The notes under the pieces were generated by a model. That model was not told the DNA's origin. It worked only from the letters and a program-made list of their open reading frames with translations, and did no database searches. A program made the translations under genes and the position numbers. A DNA stretch of 63,464 bases, counting the filler, from Octopus bimaculoides (Eukaryota): the NCBI RefSeq assembly GCF_001194135.2. It is 4 parts of 4 records of this genome, joined end to end, with 100 filler letters (N's around TTAATTAATTAA, not from the genome) between each part and the next. Parts side by side here need not be neighbours in the genome. Positions count along the whole stretch, not along the records: positions 1 to 31,931 come from NC_068983.1; 3 more parts are not named here. One strand, given 5' to 3'. This document shows, piece by piece, positions 12,925-25,959 of this stretch. The first letter of the stretch is position 1. Every line of letters starts with the position of its first letter.

Positions 12925-13332
12925 TGTAGTGTTAATTGAGAAAGGAAGCAAACGATGTTGGATCATAGATATAGCATGCCCAGCTTACAACAACGTATGC
13001 AATAAGTAAGAAAGGAAATCGATAGATATGACAAGTAAGCATGGGTGTTTAAGCAGTTATGGTCGATGAAAAAGGTGGTAGTAGTACCAATAATTGTCGG
13101 AGCCCTGGGAACAGCAAGTAAAATCTTGAGAATTGTATGGAACAAATAGGGGCTGCAATTAGGGTGGAGCACTTGCACAAACCAGCACTGCTTGAAACCT
13201 ATTGAATACTCCAGATGGTGCTCGAAAAATAAGGATTGTTACCTTAGTTCACTGGTAGTGAACAGCTGGCACCATAGTACCTCTCCAGCGTTAGTAGCTG
13301 TGCAATGACAATAAATAATAATAATAATAATG

Positions 13333-13392
<60 letters not shown>
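12925..13392 (+). mobile_element. 3' end of the same R4/Dong family as 2149-3583, with (TAA)n tail
   Basis: VVLIEKGSKRCWIIDIACPAYNNVC plus 3' UTR GTTACCTTAGTTCACTGGTAGTGAACAGCTG...CTCCAGCGTTAG.AGCTGTGCAA, matching the reverse complement of 2150-2230; TAA tail about 13312-13391. Confidence 0.87.
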
Positions 13393-13393
<1 letters not shown>

Positions 13394-16300
13394 AGTCTAG
13401 TACTGGATTAGATACTTAATTTTCGGCTCTGTAATAATGAAAGGCAAAGTTGACATCATCGGGATTTGAACTGAGAGCGCAGTTAGCCGGAATTCATGCC
13501 AAAAGATGTTCTATCTGATGCTGTAAAGATTTTGATGCTAAATCACTGCCTATGATGATTATTACAGTGATGTCTTCAGTCGTGCTGCTTCCGTAATCTC
13601 TTTCTGCAAGCGCATTAAAATAGCAGATATCGGCAGAATTTCCATAAAAACTTTTTTCTAGAAACTAATTAAATGCCATACGAAGATTAATCAATTGATG
13701 TAAATGACTGTTGTACGTCCAAATGAGAAATATTGGAGGAGAATATATTCCAAATATTATGTTTCCTGAACATCCAGTAATTAGTTGATATAAGCGAATT
13801 GATGATTCGCGAAACAGCCTATCATCATGAAACTTATATAATTTCCGCCTAAGTAATGACAGCAGCTGCTGTGCTAGTGTAGTTTAAGCTATTGTTATCG
13901 ATAGAGTTATTCTTGATGTTGACTTTTTTCTGCTGTTGTTATTGCTGCTGCTGCTGCTGCTGCTGTTGCTGTAAACAAGTTTATAAAGAGAAATGACATA
14001 TTAAGGCAATCGGTCCTGAGATATATTTTTACATTGGCACGATGCCACATATTGATAAGAGAGGGAAGATAGTCGCTTGACGCCACATAGTTATAAAGAA
14101 GGGAGGGAGGATATAATCGTTTTGATTGACGTCAGAACATACCCAGTACTTATTTTATCCATTCTCAGCGTCGAATGAAAAAATTGACAATAGAGGAACT
14201 TGAACATGGAATGCAGAGAGGCGAACCTAAAAAAAAAAAAAATAATAATTATAGTTTGTCAGGCGCTCATGTATATAGTATGATGGAATGTTGTATAGTT
14301 GCTGTTGTTGCTGGGAGCCAATTTCATAACATCTTTTTGAACAAATGGATCATATATGTGCAAAAAGTGACAGTTAGTAGAAACTATGAGGATAGCTTTT
14401 CACAGGTAAACATCTCTATTATTAAATTTGTAAATCTGATTCCGAAATAATTAGAAGAAAAGTAATCAAAGGGACGTATTCCATATTGTCTTGAGAAACT
14501 AATATCATTTTGTATTTCTTGATATTCTCATCTATCATTTTGCTCAGCTTAATTCGGATTTAGCTACAGACTGTTGTAACATTCATAAATATATTCATGA
14601 ATGTAGTCCAACATGGATATTTTAGTTAAAAATTTCAACCGTTATTGGTCGAATCCACCAGAAAATCTCTATGCAATCGTTCAGCATGCAATGTAATATC
14701 TGCTAAATCTCCATCGTATCGAACACTACCGTCCAAAGATTTGAACAACAAAAAATAGTCACCAAACCTTCCGTAAGTTTGACTGTTAGAGCTTTAAAAG
14801 AACAGAAAGGCGACTTGGATAATGTAGTTCTAGATCCACTATACTTGGCACAAAGGACACAAATGTCACAACTAGAATGACTTGTATCATAGGCTTACTT
14901 GATCTAATATGAATTTCAGCAAAAGAAGAACAATGCAACTTGAACCATTGAAAGAAATTTTAATATGGTCTACCATAAATAATAATTAATTTCCCTCATA
15001 TCATATCTTATTATCTTAAAAACAGAACAGCGTGGACAGTTTAGCCTTTGAACGTCCCCTTTGCAAATGCCAAAAGACCCAACAGCGCAGGATTAGATAT
15101 CAATAACACTAAATAGATGGGAGATAAATCTAAACCAATCCTGTTGAAAACTCGTATATAACCGATCGTAAAACAATGAAATTAAATAGTCCATCTACCA
15201 ATTAACTGCTCTTCGATTAGATTTCCTTTTAGTGATAATAGTTAACCTTTATTGCTCTTTAAATGTAATTTAATTTACCTAATGACCATTAATTACACAT
15301 TCGTAATGTCCCGTAATGTGCTATCATCTATCAAGACTGAGTTGTGGCGAAACAACATTAGCAGCAGCAGCTACAGCAACATCATCAACATCAACACGAG
15401 CCAACAAGGCAATTTTAATCCGGTCGGTTGCTCTGGTAGAAATGATAGCTATATCTTTTCAAATCAAAACTTGCTCTCTTAAAACACAAGGACTATATCG
15501 TCTACACCAACACCTACGTAATAGAAAAGAGGCAAATATAAAAGAAAAACTTCGGCTAATAAAATAAAAGTATTTTTTCGACTGAGAGTATAAGATAAAT
15601 ATAAGGTATCGCCATCAATTGCCCTTTTATATTGCCCATTAACTTTCTCTATTAATGTTCTACTAATTAAAGAATGTATATTCATCACAAAATCTATCTT
15701 AGTTAAGTCAAAACGGTTGATTACTTGCCACTGAATCCAGAAACTTAATGTGTAGTGTACTAGCAAACGGGGGTGAATAAATTTCCGTCTTTTAATCGAC
15801 ATTAAGTGAAAACATGTAGTCTAATGGCTAGAATATTTGGCTCATGGATTATACATACGGTTGAGGATTCAATTCCTTAACCGTATGCTCCATAATTTGT
15901 CCTGAGAAAGATACTTCATATCACGTTAAGTCTACTTAACTGCAATGAGTACCAGTCAAGTGCTCCAGCTCTCTCTCTCTAGCTGCCATATGATGATCTG
16001 CTAGGTAAAAGCTGAGAGGCCGATTATTCTATTGGCGAGTTAAAGCAATTAAGGAACGACGGTTGTCTCTATTGTATTTAATCTATTACAAAAAAAAAAG
16101 GGGAACAACTTTTTTGCAAGATTGTTGTTTGTTACCGACGTTTGTTCAATTTACTTAATGGCTTACTCAGAGAAAGTAAGGGAAGCATCTATGGGTTCTT
16201 TAGATGTTCTGTGACTGGTGGAAGAATGAAAGATGTTATCCATAAATCGGAGACCTGACCTGGACGCTTGTAATAGCGTAGACATCAGAAAAGACACCAA

Positions 16301-16529
16301 AGCAAAAGATGAACGCATTAAATATATCGCTCAAGAAGAAGAACAGTCTTTTCTACGAACCTTCACACAGTTTTCACTTCCTAAATTATATTCACAAAGC
16401 TTTGATTGACCCAAAGCTTTAACAGAAGGCAGTTTCCCAGGAAGCAACGAAGAATAATCGAACCTGTAACAACTTAGTTATGAAATGAATTTCATAACTA
16501 TACGCCATTACTTTGTTGTTTTTGTTTAA

Positions 16530-17105
16530 TTCCAGATCAGTCACGATCGGGCACATCTATGGTAAAAGGCGTTCCATTCATAGCCATCCTTATGTATATT
16601 AGGGTCTACATTTCCCAATTGATCCATATTTTCCAGTAGCTGTTATGGTCGTTGTTGTAAATAACACAGTCTTTATTTAATGAGACCGTAAGATATTTGG
16701 CTTACTTTTTGGCAGTTCCAGTGACCACAGAGACGCTATTTTCGGTGATTCAACGAACTTATCTTATATTGTTGCTATAAGTCTAGCAGCAGGCGAGCCT
16801 TGACAGAGCAAACCTATAACCAAAGGCATTCTAGCGCTGGCCATCCTTCCTGATTTTATATATAGGACTACATTATCCAAAGCGTACATCCTTTCTTGTC
16901 ATGGTAGGGTATGATTTGAGGGGGATTTTGCTTTACTTCGAAATGATCGAGCTACCACATAGAGGCTCTCTAGTTGACTTATGTAGATCTACACTGTTGT
17001 GTTCCATTCGTGACAATCTCTTCTTTTTCTGAGATACAGTATTGCTGGGACCACGTTATTCAATGTCTCTTTTCTATTCTAAGACGGTAGGGAGCTGTTG
17101 TAAGG

Positions 17106-17141
<36 letters not shown>

Positions 17142-17260
17142 NNNNNNNNNNNNNNNNNNNNNNNNNNNNNNNAGAGAGATAGAGAGAAAGAGAGAGACAG
17201 AGAGAGACAGAGAGAGAGAGAAAGAGAGAAAGAGAGAGAGAGGTTTAGCTGCTATTTCTT
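16530..17260 (+). repeat. Three diverged tandem copies of an unclassified interspersed repeat (the third interrupted by (GA)n and a gap)
   Basis: Recurring TTCCA/TAG..(A/G)(GC/TG)GCCATCC...GG(A/T)CTACATT..CCAA and GAT(A)TTTGGCT motifs; related pieces at about 38150-38360 and 61085-61150. Confidence 0.4.
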
Positions 17261-17609
17261 TTCTATGCTACTGATTAATGTTGAAATGTTTAACTAGCTA
17301 ATGTCCTTCAGTATCATATAAACTATTTACGTTACTATTTAACTTTCTCGTAGTAAGAACCTCTATGTTGTCGTTCGACTTTTGAGAAAAAGCAACTAAA
17401 TTTCTCTCGAAACACACTTTGCTATCTTGGAAAAAGGAAGGACGTAATTTGAAAAATAGATCTGGATACACTATCAAGGAATAATTTGGGATGGTCATGG
17501 CTGGGACGTATTTGATTATAGATCTACTTAATGAGCATCGACTTGTGCTAGATAGAAACAAAAGCCGTATCAGCATGGGGAATAACACCAATAGTAACAA
17601 CTTTGAAAT

Positions 17610-18415
17610 TTTAGTAGAAGGCCAATAATTCTAGTGGGAGCACCACTGCTCACTCGGTACTTTCTTTTATCGACCCCGAAAGTATGAAAGGCAAAGTCGA
17701 ACTTAGAACGTAATGAATCGGAAGAAATATCGGTTTCAAAGTGTGGCACAAGGTCAGCAAGTTCGTGGGAGGGGATAAGTCGGTTATATCGACCCCAGTC
17801 CGCAACTGGTACTTTTTTTATTGAGAGTACTTAATTTATCGACCCCCTAAGGAATGAAAGCAAAGTCGACCTCGGTGGAATTTGAACTCAGAATGTAATG
17901 ACAGACGAAATGTCGCTAAGCATTTTACCCGGCGAGCTAACGATTCTGCCAGCTCACTGCCTTAACATCAACATCCTTTCTACTCTGGGCACCAGGTATG
18001 AAATTTTAGGGGATTACATCGACCCAGTACATAGCTGGTACTTAATTTATCGACCCCGAAAGGATGAAAGGCAAAGTTGACCCCGGCAGCATTGGAACTC
18101 AGAACGTAAGAAATACCGCTTAAGCATTTTACCTAGTCTCCTAATGATTCAGCCAGCTCGCTGTCTTCACACCAACAGTAATAATAATAACAAAAAAGAC
18201 GGCGAGCTGGCAGAAGCGTTAGCACGCCGGGAGAAATGCTTAGCGGTATTTCGTCTGTCTTTACGATCTGAGTTCAAGTTCAGCCGAGGTCGACTTTGCC
18301 CTTTATCCTTTCGAGTCGATAAATTAAGTACCAGTTGTGTACTGGGGTCGATCTAATCGACTGGCCCCCTCCCCCAAAATTTCAGGACTTGTGCCTAGGG
18401 TAGAAAAGAATAATA
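17610..18415. mobile_element. Cluster of four group C SINEs: three on minus (about 17610-17720, 17730-17965, 17973-18167) and one on plus (18196-18415)
   Basis: Repeated ATCGACCCCGAAAGGATGAAAGGCAAAGTCGAC core. The plus copy has an A-box-like TGGCAGAAGCG and a B-box-like GAGTTCAAGTTC. Confidence 0.88.
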
Positions 18416-19585
18416 ATGACAAAAGGCGCCAGCGTGTGTTGTTGGAATTCGAAACACTAGCCCTTCTACCTTCAGAAAGACACTCAATCGATCGGTTCAA
18501 TGAAATTGATTCTGCATTGTCGTTTCAATTCCAATGATATTTCCCTTCAGTTACGATAGAAATTTCCTCCTTCACGGAAAGTATGATTATCACCACTTCT
18601 TATTTGTTTATTTATTAAATGGTTTGGTTTCGAAGAAGGGATTTTGCCAAAATCCTTCGCAGACGCTCCGAGACCCTTGATATCATGGAGTTTATATGTT
18701 ACCGACCGCAAGTGAAACATGTGCAGGAAGAGAATTCCAAAGGAATAACATTGAGAGGAGGAAAAGCTGTGTATAGTGGTTGTTATAGGAACTCTTTGGT
18801 GGTGGTGGTGGTGGTGGCAGTTGTGGATACAATGTGGTTGATGAGATGAAGTGAGATGAGAAAAGCAAGATTTTATGAGTGGTGCTGTTCTATCTAATAT
18901 ATACAATAAATTTGCGTAGTATAAAGAAACTTATTCACCTTCTCATAAAATAGTAATTTATGCATCTACAATAAAAAAAAAGTATTGCTATCTAGGAAAC
19001 GAAATTTCAAATGTGTAAATTTTAAAACGTTATAAATTTGTTTTATTTTGTCAAATGGAAATTATAAAGATTATAAACATATATATACTTAATTTTTCCT
19101 TCTAAAGAATAAAAAAAAAAAAATGAAAACTAGAAATAAATATACGGAAATAATAGAAAGAAAGTGATTTTAATTTCATATGTTACTCTTCTCTTCGATT
19201 TTTTATATGTTGATATTCCATGACCAATACAAACATTTGCTTGCACAGTTTGGCCTTATGGTTAAGAAGTCCGCTTTGCAGTCACGACGTTCCGGTTTCG
19301 GCCCAACTGCGTGGCATCTTGAGAATAAAATGTCATTTTCCATAGCTTAGGATGAATGCATGCCTTGTAAAGGAAATCGGGTAGAAGAGGAATGCTTAGA
19401 AGCATGTCAGGTGGATTGTATTTACAGTTGATAAGGTACAGACTTGTTACAAATACAGTCAGGCCGGTTCCACCTGACAGTTACACGACGACTGCCCCTG
19501 TCTGCGAAATGCTCAATCACTTATACGTTAATTCAGGAGTAGATTAAACTGTTGATGGAACAAATGAATCATCGTCGTCGATCAA

Positions 19586-20323
19586 CGGAGATCCACGAAG
19601 ATATTTGTTTTGCATAATGATTGATGGTGACCATATTGCTTTTATTGTTTTTTGGATCTTTCCCTTTTGGCCGGCACATAGAAAAAATAATTTTTTGTAA
19701 CTAAACACTTTCAAATTTCGTATACTGGTAGAATGTGTCATTTAAAACATCATTTACTCTTGGCGTTTTTAAGAAAGAGAAAAGATCCCAAAATAAGCAA
19801 TTTCGAAAACGCTAAAACAAAACGAAAATACTTCCACAAACAAAATAAATTGAAAAAATTTAAATAACTAATAACTAAATTGATTAAACTANNNNNNNNN
19901 NNNNNNNNNNNNNNNNNNNNNNNNNNNNNNNNNNNNNNNNNNNNNNNNNNNNNNNNNNNNNNNNNNNNNNNNNNNNNNNNNNNNNNNNNNNNNNNNNNNN
20001 NNNNNNNNNNNNNNNNAATGATGTTTTAAATGACACATTCTACCAGTATACGAAATTTGAAAGTGTTTAGTTACAAAAAATTATTTTTTCTATGTGCCGG
20101 CCAAAAGGGAAAGATCCAAAAAACAATAAAAGCAATATGGTCACCATCAATCATTATGCAAAACAAATATCTCCGTGGATCTCCGTTGAAAATAAAGAAT
20201 TTTCTTAAAAACGCCAAGAGTAAATGATGCTTTAAATGACACATTCTACCAGTATACGAAATTTGAGAGTGTTTAGTTACAAAAAATTATTTTTTCTATG
20301 TGCCGGCCAAAAGGAAAAGATCC
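19586..20323. repeat. Near-identical ~190-bp unit in inverted (19586-19772 vs 20018-20190) and tandem (20195-20323) copies around an N gap; MITE-like
   Basis: ORFs 19544-19741(-) and 20030-20227(+) are identical over the first 54 aa; sequences compared by eye. Confidence 0.7.
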
Positions 20324-20324
20324 T

Positions 20325-20700
20325 GTTTTTTAATGTTATTATGGCGGTTATATAATGTAGCGAACTGGCATATCTGATTCATCATGCCATTGAGATGAAA
20401 ATGAGCTTCATCACTCATTAACAAAATAAGGTCGTCAACTGTTTCAAACGTTGCTTCCATCTGACGTGCGAAGTTAAGCCGCTGTACATTGTCCCATGGT
20501 TTCAACTGTTGCCCAATGAACAATTTGTACGGGTGGAAATGTAAGTCTTCATGCAAAATACGCCTTAACAATAGATTACTGCTGCCAAGTTTAGTGGAAT
20601 GTCTCCGAGCAGAGCGAATCACACTCCGTATCAAAGCTTGTCTGACGCGTTCCACATTTTCCGGTGATCCGTACAGTTCGTGGCGCCCCCACTAATCTTC
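20325..20700 (-). mobile_element. Tc1/mariner transposase fragment, rosa/DD41D-like
   Basis: ORF 20296-20655: RRILHEDLHFHPYKL...QQLKP.D...RLNFA...LMSDEAHFHLNG. Confidence 0.75.
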
Positions 20701-21039
20701 TATTCCTTAATATACCTAGTGTACGAAGTGCATTCGCACAACGTAGATTGTGCTACGGGTGGAAATAGCCTGATTTCAGTGAGTGTTGAAGAGGAACCGA
20801 AACTCACACTGAACTCCTGTGACAGACTCGTTATTCTTCACATAACTGTCGTAGGCAAACACGCGATGTTCTGTCGTCCAAAGCGCCATGGCTTCATCTG
20901 AAAAGAAAGAAAAAATGCTAAGATGCTATGGACCGAATGGTACCAGTCGGACGTATGTCCCTCTCCCTGAGGATGAGTAATAGCCACTTCAAGAACGTCC
21001 GTCCTCTCTACCCCACCCTGTATATACATAATCTTTTAT

Positions 21040-21196
21040 TCCTTTACTTGTTTCAGTCATTTGACTGCGGCCATGCTGGAGCACCGCCTTTTGTCGAACA
21101 AATCGAGCCCAAGGCTTATTCTTTGTAAGCCTAGTGTTTATTCCATCGATTTCTTTTGCCGAACCACAACAGAGACATCAAGTGTCAGGTGGTGGT

Positions 21197-21242
<46 letters not shown>

Positions 21243-21405
21243 GACGAGCTTCTTTCAGTTTCCGTCTACCAAATCCACTCACAAGGCTTTGGTCGGCCCG
21301 AGGCTATAGTAGAAGACACTCGTCCAAGGTGCCACGTAGTGGGACTGAACACGGTATCATGTGGTTGGAAAGCAAGCTTCTTACCATACAGCCACAGTTG
21401 CGCCT
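21040..21405 (-). mobile_element. Full-length tRNA-headed SINE group A with internal (CA)n
   Basis: Head GGCGCAACTGTGGCTGTATGG...GTGTTCAGTCCC, body, microsatellite, then 3' module ending GACTGAAACAAGTAAAGGAATAAAAGA. Confidence 0.9.
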
Positions 21406-21469
21406 ATGTATGTATGTATGTATGTATGTATGTATGTGCCTATTTGTATCTGTCATCTTGCGTACTGCA

Positions 21470-21650
21470 TGACGACTGGTGTTGGTTTCTTTAAGTCCCG
21501 TTACCTAGCCGTTCGGTAAAAGAGACCAATAGAATAGGAACCAGACCTTATAAGGGACGTAAACTTAAGAATTGACATCGATTTTTTCCAATTGAAGCCA
21601 TTGACGGAAGTGCCCTAGAGTAGCCGTAATTCAACGACTAAATCAAATAA
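21470..21650 (+). mobile_element. Group A SINE 3' module, inverted relative to 21040-21405
   Basis: CCCGTTACCTAGCCGTTCGGTAAAAGAGACCAATAGAATAGG...CGACTAAATCAAATAAAA. Confidence 0.6.
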
Positions 21651-22033
21651 AAAATAATGTTGGGTTAAATGTCTTGTAACTAGGAGTTATGGCCATTTAC
21701 GTTGTGTGCTGAGATCTTGAATCTGATTTCGTCTTTTGTCTCCCAAGTGTGTATAAGCTAATATAGTGCTTAGTTGCACAGAGGTATCAAGTCTGATCAG
21801 TGACAAACGTTTTGGGAATTCTAAATTTTTTAAGCTACAATCAATTTGTTGATATTTTCCGAAATAACAATAAATAAATAAATGAAGTAATAAATATTTT
21901 TACAAGAGACATAAATGTAAAATTTTTTCCCAAAATTCAATACATTCTAAGCCCAATTTTCTTCTTTTTAAATGTTAAGAACATAGTTAATCGAAAAATG
22001 AAATGTTAATCCCTCCAGATAATGAAATAGAAA

Positions 22034-22070
<37 letters not shown>

Positions 22071-22093
22071 NNNNNNNNNNCTACTACTACTAC

Positions 22094-22128
<35 letters not shown>

Positions 22129-22491
22129 TTGGTGGTTGTGGTATTGATTGTCGTATTAACAGTGAGAAAAACAAGATCAGCTGCTCTAGCAGGGAGCAAG
22201 AACGATTCATGCAACAAAAAGTACAATAACAATAGTAGCATCCACTATCAAATCGTATAATTACTACATCATCAACAATCTATTTCGTTTATCTTTTCCT
22301 CGTTTCAGTCATTGGATTGCGACCATGCTGGAGTATCGTTTTGTAAACAACAATGAACGGTGGAAACCTCACCCTGCTGAAGAATTTCAGCTCTATCAAA
22401 TTACGTTCTACTATCTTAAAAGCAAAAGTACAGATAACGTAATCCTAGATAGCCTTAGGCAAAAAGGTAGGAGAGAGACTGAGAGAGAGAA

Positions 22492-22577
<86 letters not shown>

Positions 22578-22749
22578 GTGACGGCTGTGATGCCTTTGAT
22601 TATGTGTGTGTGATCTGGGAATTAAGAAAAACAAATACAAGAACAACAGCAATACTGTTAATAGCAATAGGATCAGAAACAACCGTCTAGTGGTGATAAC
22701 GAGAATTACAACATCATCATCATCATCATCAACAGCAACAACAACAGCA

Positions 22750-22797
<48 letters not shown>

Positions 22798-22843
22798 GTG
22801 ACTGTTGCTGCTGCCGCTGNNNNNNNNNNTGTTGCTGCTGCTG

Positions 22844-22916
<73 letters not shown>

Positions 22917-23151
22917 CGCCTCTGCTGCTACAACTACTCGCATAATGACAAAATGAAAATTAGAAGTACCATGATATTGCGCAAGAATGATGATAAATGC
23001 GGCGACAATGATATATCGATGTTCATATTTACACCGTTCCATGAACTGGTGCTGTGTATGTATCTCTCTTTGTGTTCAGTGGCTTGACAAATGATTTGCG
23101 ATACAATAAATATCAGACTGAAATAAATTATGTAATCTGTACGATCAGCTA

Positions 23152-23446
23152 GTGGAGGCACTTGGTTTTGTGGTTCGAGCAGCGGACTCGCGGTCGAGAG
23201 ATCGCAGGTTCGGATCTCAGACCAGGTGATGTGTGTTTATGAACGAAACACTCAAGTTCCACGCGGCTCCGGCAGGAAGTAATGGCGAACTTCTGCTGAC
23301 TCTTTTGCCACAACTTTCTCTCACTCTTTCCTCCTGCATCTAGCAGCTCACCTGTGACGGACCGGGGTCCCGTCCAGGTGGGGAACCTATACGCCAATGA
23401 AACCGGCCCTTATGAGTCAGGAATCCTTCGAGAAGGGACAAACGCA
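23152..23446 (+). mobile_element. tRNA-headed SINE group D, tail type 1, with 12-bp TSD
   Basis: A/B boxes (TGGTTTTGTGG...GGTTCGGATCTC). TSD TACGATCAGCTA (23140-23151) / TATGATCAGCTA (23447-23458). Confidence 0.85.
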
Positions 23447-24929
23447 TATGATCAGCTAAACAACTCTTGTAGGTGGTGCCCCAGCATGTCGTAAGTCAAT
23501 AATTGAAACTTGTAAAAAGAATTATGAAAAATATAGGACAATGTAAGTTCTAGATACAGTATGGCTGAAAATAACGATAGGATGGACACGGGTGGGGATG
23601 AATTGATCATATGCCTGGTTCGATCATGGCTAAAATGTGACATTATAACATGTACAGTAATGATGACATTAAGAGCAATAGCAAGAATAAGAATGAGAAA
23701 GAGGAACAATAATAACTGTAATACCAATATTGTAACAATATGTGCCATAGCAGAGTCAGTAACAGTAATTGTAGCAGGAGATTTGACACTACCACATCAC
23801 CATTATCATCATCACCATCACTATCGTCGTCATCACCACCACCACAGTCATCATTATCATCATCATCGTTATCATACGCAGCCATCATCTTGATCCCCAT
23901 CACGTCGTCGTCATCATCCTCATCCTCATCATTGTTATTGTCGACGTCTTTGTCGTCGCCCAACTTCTCTTCCTCCCCCCCCACCCTATCTTCCCCCTCA
24001 TAAATTACAAGAAAACTAACAATGCAAATGATAACATCAGAATAGAAAATATAACCGCAACAATTACAAAGAATTATATCAACAATAGCAACAACAACAA
24101 TAACAATAGCTATAACTAAAACAGCAACAACAATATCCACAGCAACAACAACAACAGCAATATCATCAACCATAACATTAATACCAGCATGCAACTACCA
24201 AAACGGATGAATTACATCGTCGAATGCTGAAATGTTAACACTGATTGTGTCAAATATACTATTGTAACATTTCCGATATTCACATGAATAATGACATGCA
24301 ATCTTTGAAAAGGCTCAGTCGGTTGCTCTCACCGCTTTCCAGGATATTTTCAATTAATGGTTTCTGTGTGGATATTAAAGGTGATTCTTTTATTACGAAA
24401 CTGTTTTTCGTCGTATATTGGTTACTTTTATGATATTAATCTCCCTCTGTTTTCTTTATGAAAAATGCTCTATTTTGTTCTGTAATGTTAAAGTATTAAC
24501 AATAGCATTATGTACACGTAACGAATAAGCGGCCCAATATGGGATAATGTAGCGACTCGTATAATCAATATATCTATTGGGAGTTTCTTAACGTTCTTTT
24601 AACTTTAAGCTGATTATATCAGATGCATAATAGATACCGCCCTCGTCTTCATAACCATCTCTAATACTCTCTAGAATAACCTACAATCCTATAAAGAGAA
24701 GATCAGGTAAAATAGTGACACAGGGTATATCATTTGCATATGTATACTAACGCATAAATGTAGGATATGTTATTGTACTTCCTTTAAGGAACTCTTATCT
24801 TGGAACTACTTCTAGTATTCCGTAATGAGGTCTAATTCTTTCTATTTTTACACTTGTTTCCATCCACTTTATTCTACACTTCTAAATAACATTTTTATTG
24901 GTTTCAATCCGGAATAGTATTGAGACTAT

Positions 24930-25190
24930 AAATGCAGGTGATATGATTTAAAACAGGTGACACAATTTGAAACAGGTAATACAAAGCAAGTAATACATCT
25001 TTGAACAGGTAATACAGCGTAAAGCAGGTAATATGAATTAAACAGTTAATGAACATAAAACAGATAATACTAACTAAAATAGCCAATACATACTAATTAA
25101 AACAGGCAATAAATAAACCGCTAATAACACAAGCGACAGATGTGACTACATAAAACAGGTAATATAACTTACAACAGATGTTACAGCTTC
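24930..25190 (+). repeat. Degenerate ~17-19-bp minisatellite with core (A/G)CAGGTAATA
   Basis: About 12 spaced CAGGTG/CAGGTA/CAGATA/CAGGCA cores, read directly. Confidence 0.65.
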
Positions 25191-25353
25191 AAAAAATAAC
25201 GAAATTCTTACATCAAACGAAATAAAATTTCCTCTCAATAACTTTCTATCGACCGAAACCTTATAAACACACACTTTCCTTATATCCCTCTGCTCTCCCT
25301 TCCTACGCAACTTGAAAAAGACTATATAAAGTCAAAAACATTCCAAGGAAAGT

Positions 25354-25397
25354 ACAGTATGACGAAGGCAAAAAAGCCGAAATGTTGAGGTTACTGT
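25354..25397 (+). ncRNA. Damaged minimal type I hammerhead ribozyme motif (Penelope pLTR-type)
   Basis: ACAGTA-TGACGA-A-GGC-AAAAAA-GCC-GAAA-TG-TT-GAGGTTACTGT: stem II perfect, ACAGTA/TACTGT complementary, core C3 missing. Confidence 0.5.
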
Positions 25398-25831
25398 CAT
25401 TCTTGTTCTTATAAAAGACACACACACATGAACACACACATACACACACACACACGACACACACACATGCGCGCGCATTCACATATAATGCATGTATATC
25501 AGTGGCAGAAAATTTGAAAGGAGTATTTGAAAAAAGAGAAAGGATCGTAGAAAGAATATAAAAAAAGGGTTGTTACTAAAAAAAGGATAACATAAAAAAT
25601 GTAGAAAGAAAAAGCTATTTGAGCTATGTCGAGAGGAAATTAGTGATAGAGCCGAAAGTGTTGATGATATCTAATCTCTATTAGATATCATCAATAAGGC
25701 CAATAGGTGGAAATATATACAAATATGTATAAATATACGTATGTATATGTAGATAATTCTTAATCAGTTGTGGAACTTACCACATAAAGCCACACGCATA
25801 TATACATATTCATACACACGTAATATATATG

Positions 25832-25903
<72 letters not shown>

Positions 25904-25959
25904 GAGCTAGCTAGCTATCTGTCTGTCTGTCTGTCTATGATGAATGAGAAAAAATAAGA

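Noticed and set aside
13795-13835. TTGATGA...GAAAC hammerhead-like words
   Set aside because: No stem II between the words and no stem I; the local hairpin overlaps the core.
18640-18770. LWNSLPAHV on minus, like the C-terminus of CR1/Jockey-group LINEs
   Set aside because: A single short motif; too little to call as a feature.
19405-19479. 11-bp inverted repeat TGTCAGGTGGA/TCCACCTGACA with an inner 7-bp stem
   Set aside because: A large asymmetric bulge rules out a good pre-miRNA, and there is no TSD to support a MITE.
19586-20323. Inverted plus tandem near-identical duplication as a recent rearrangement
   Set aside because: It straddles an N gap, so misassembly of a palindromic repeat is at least as likely; needs long reads.
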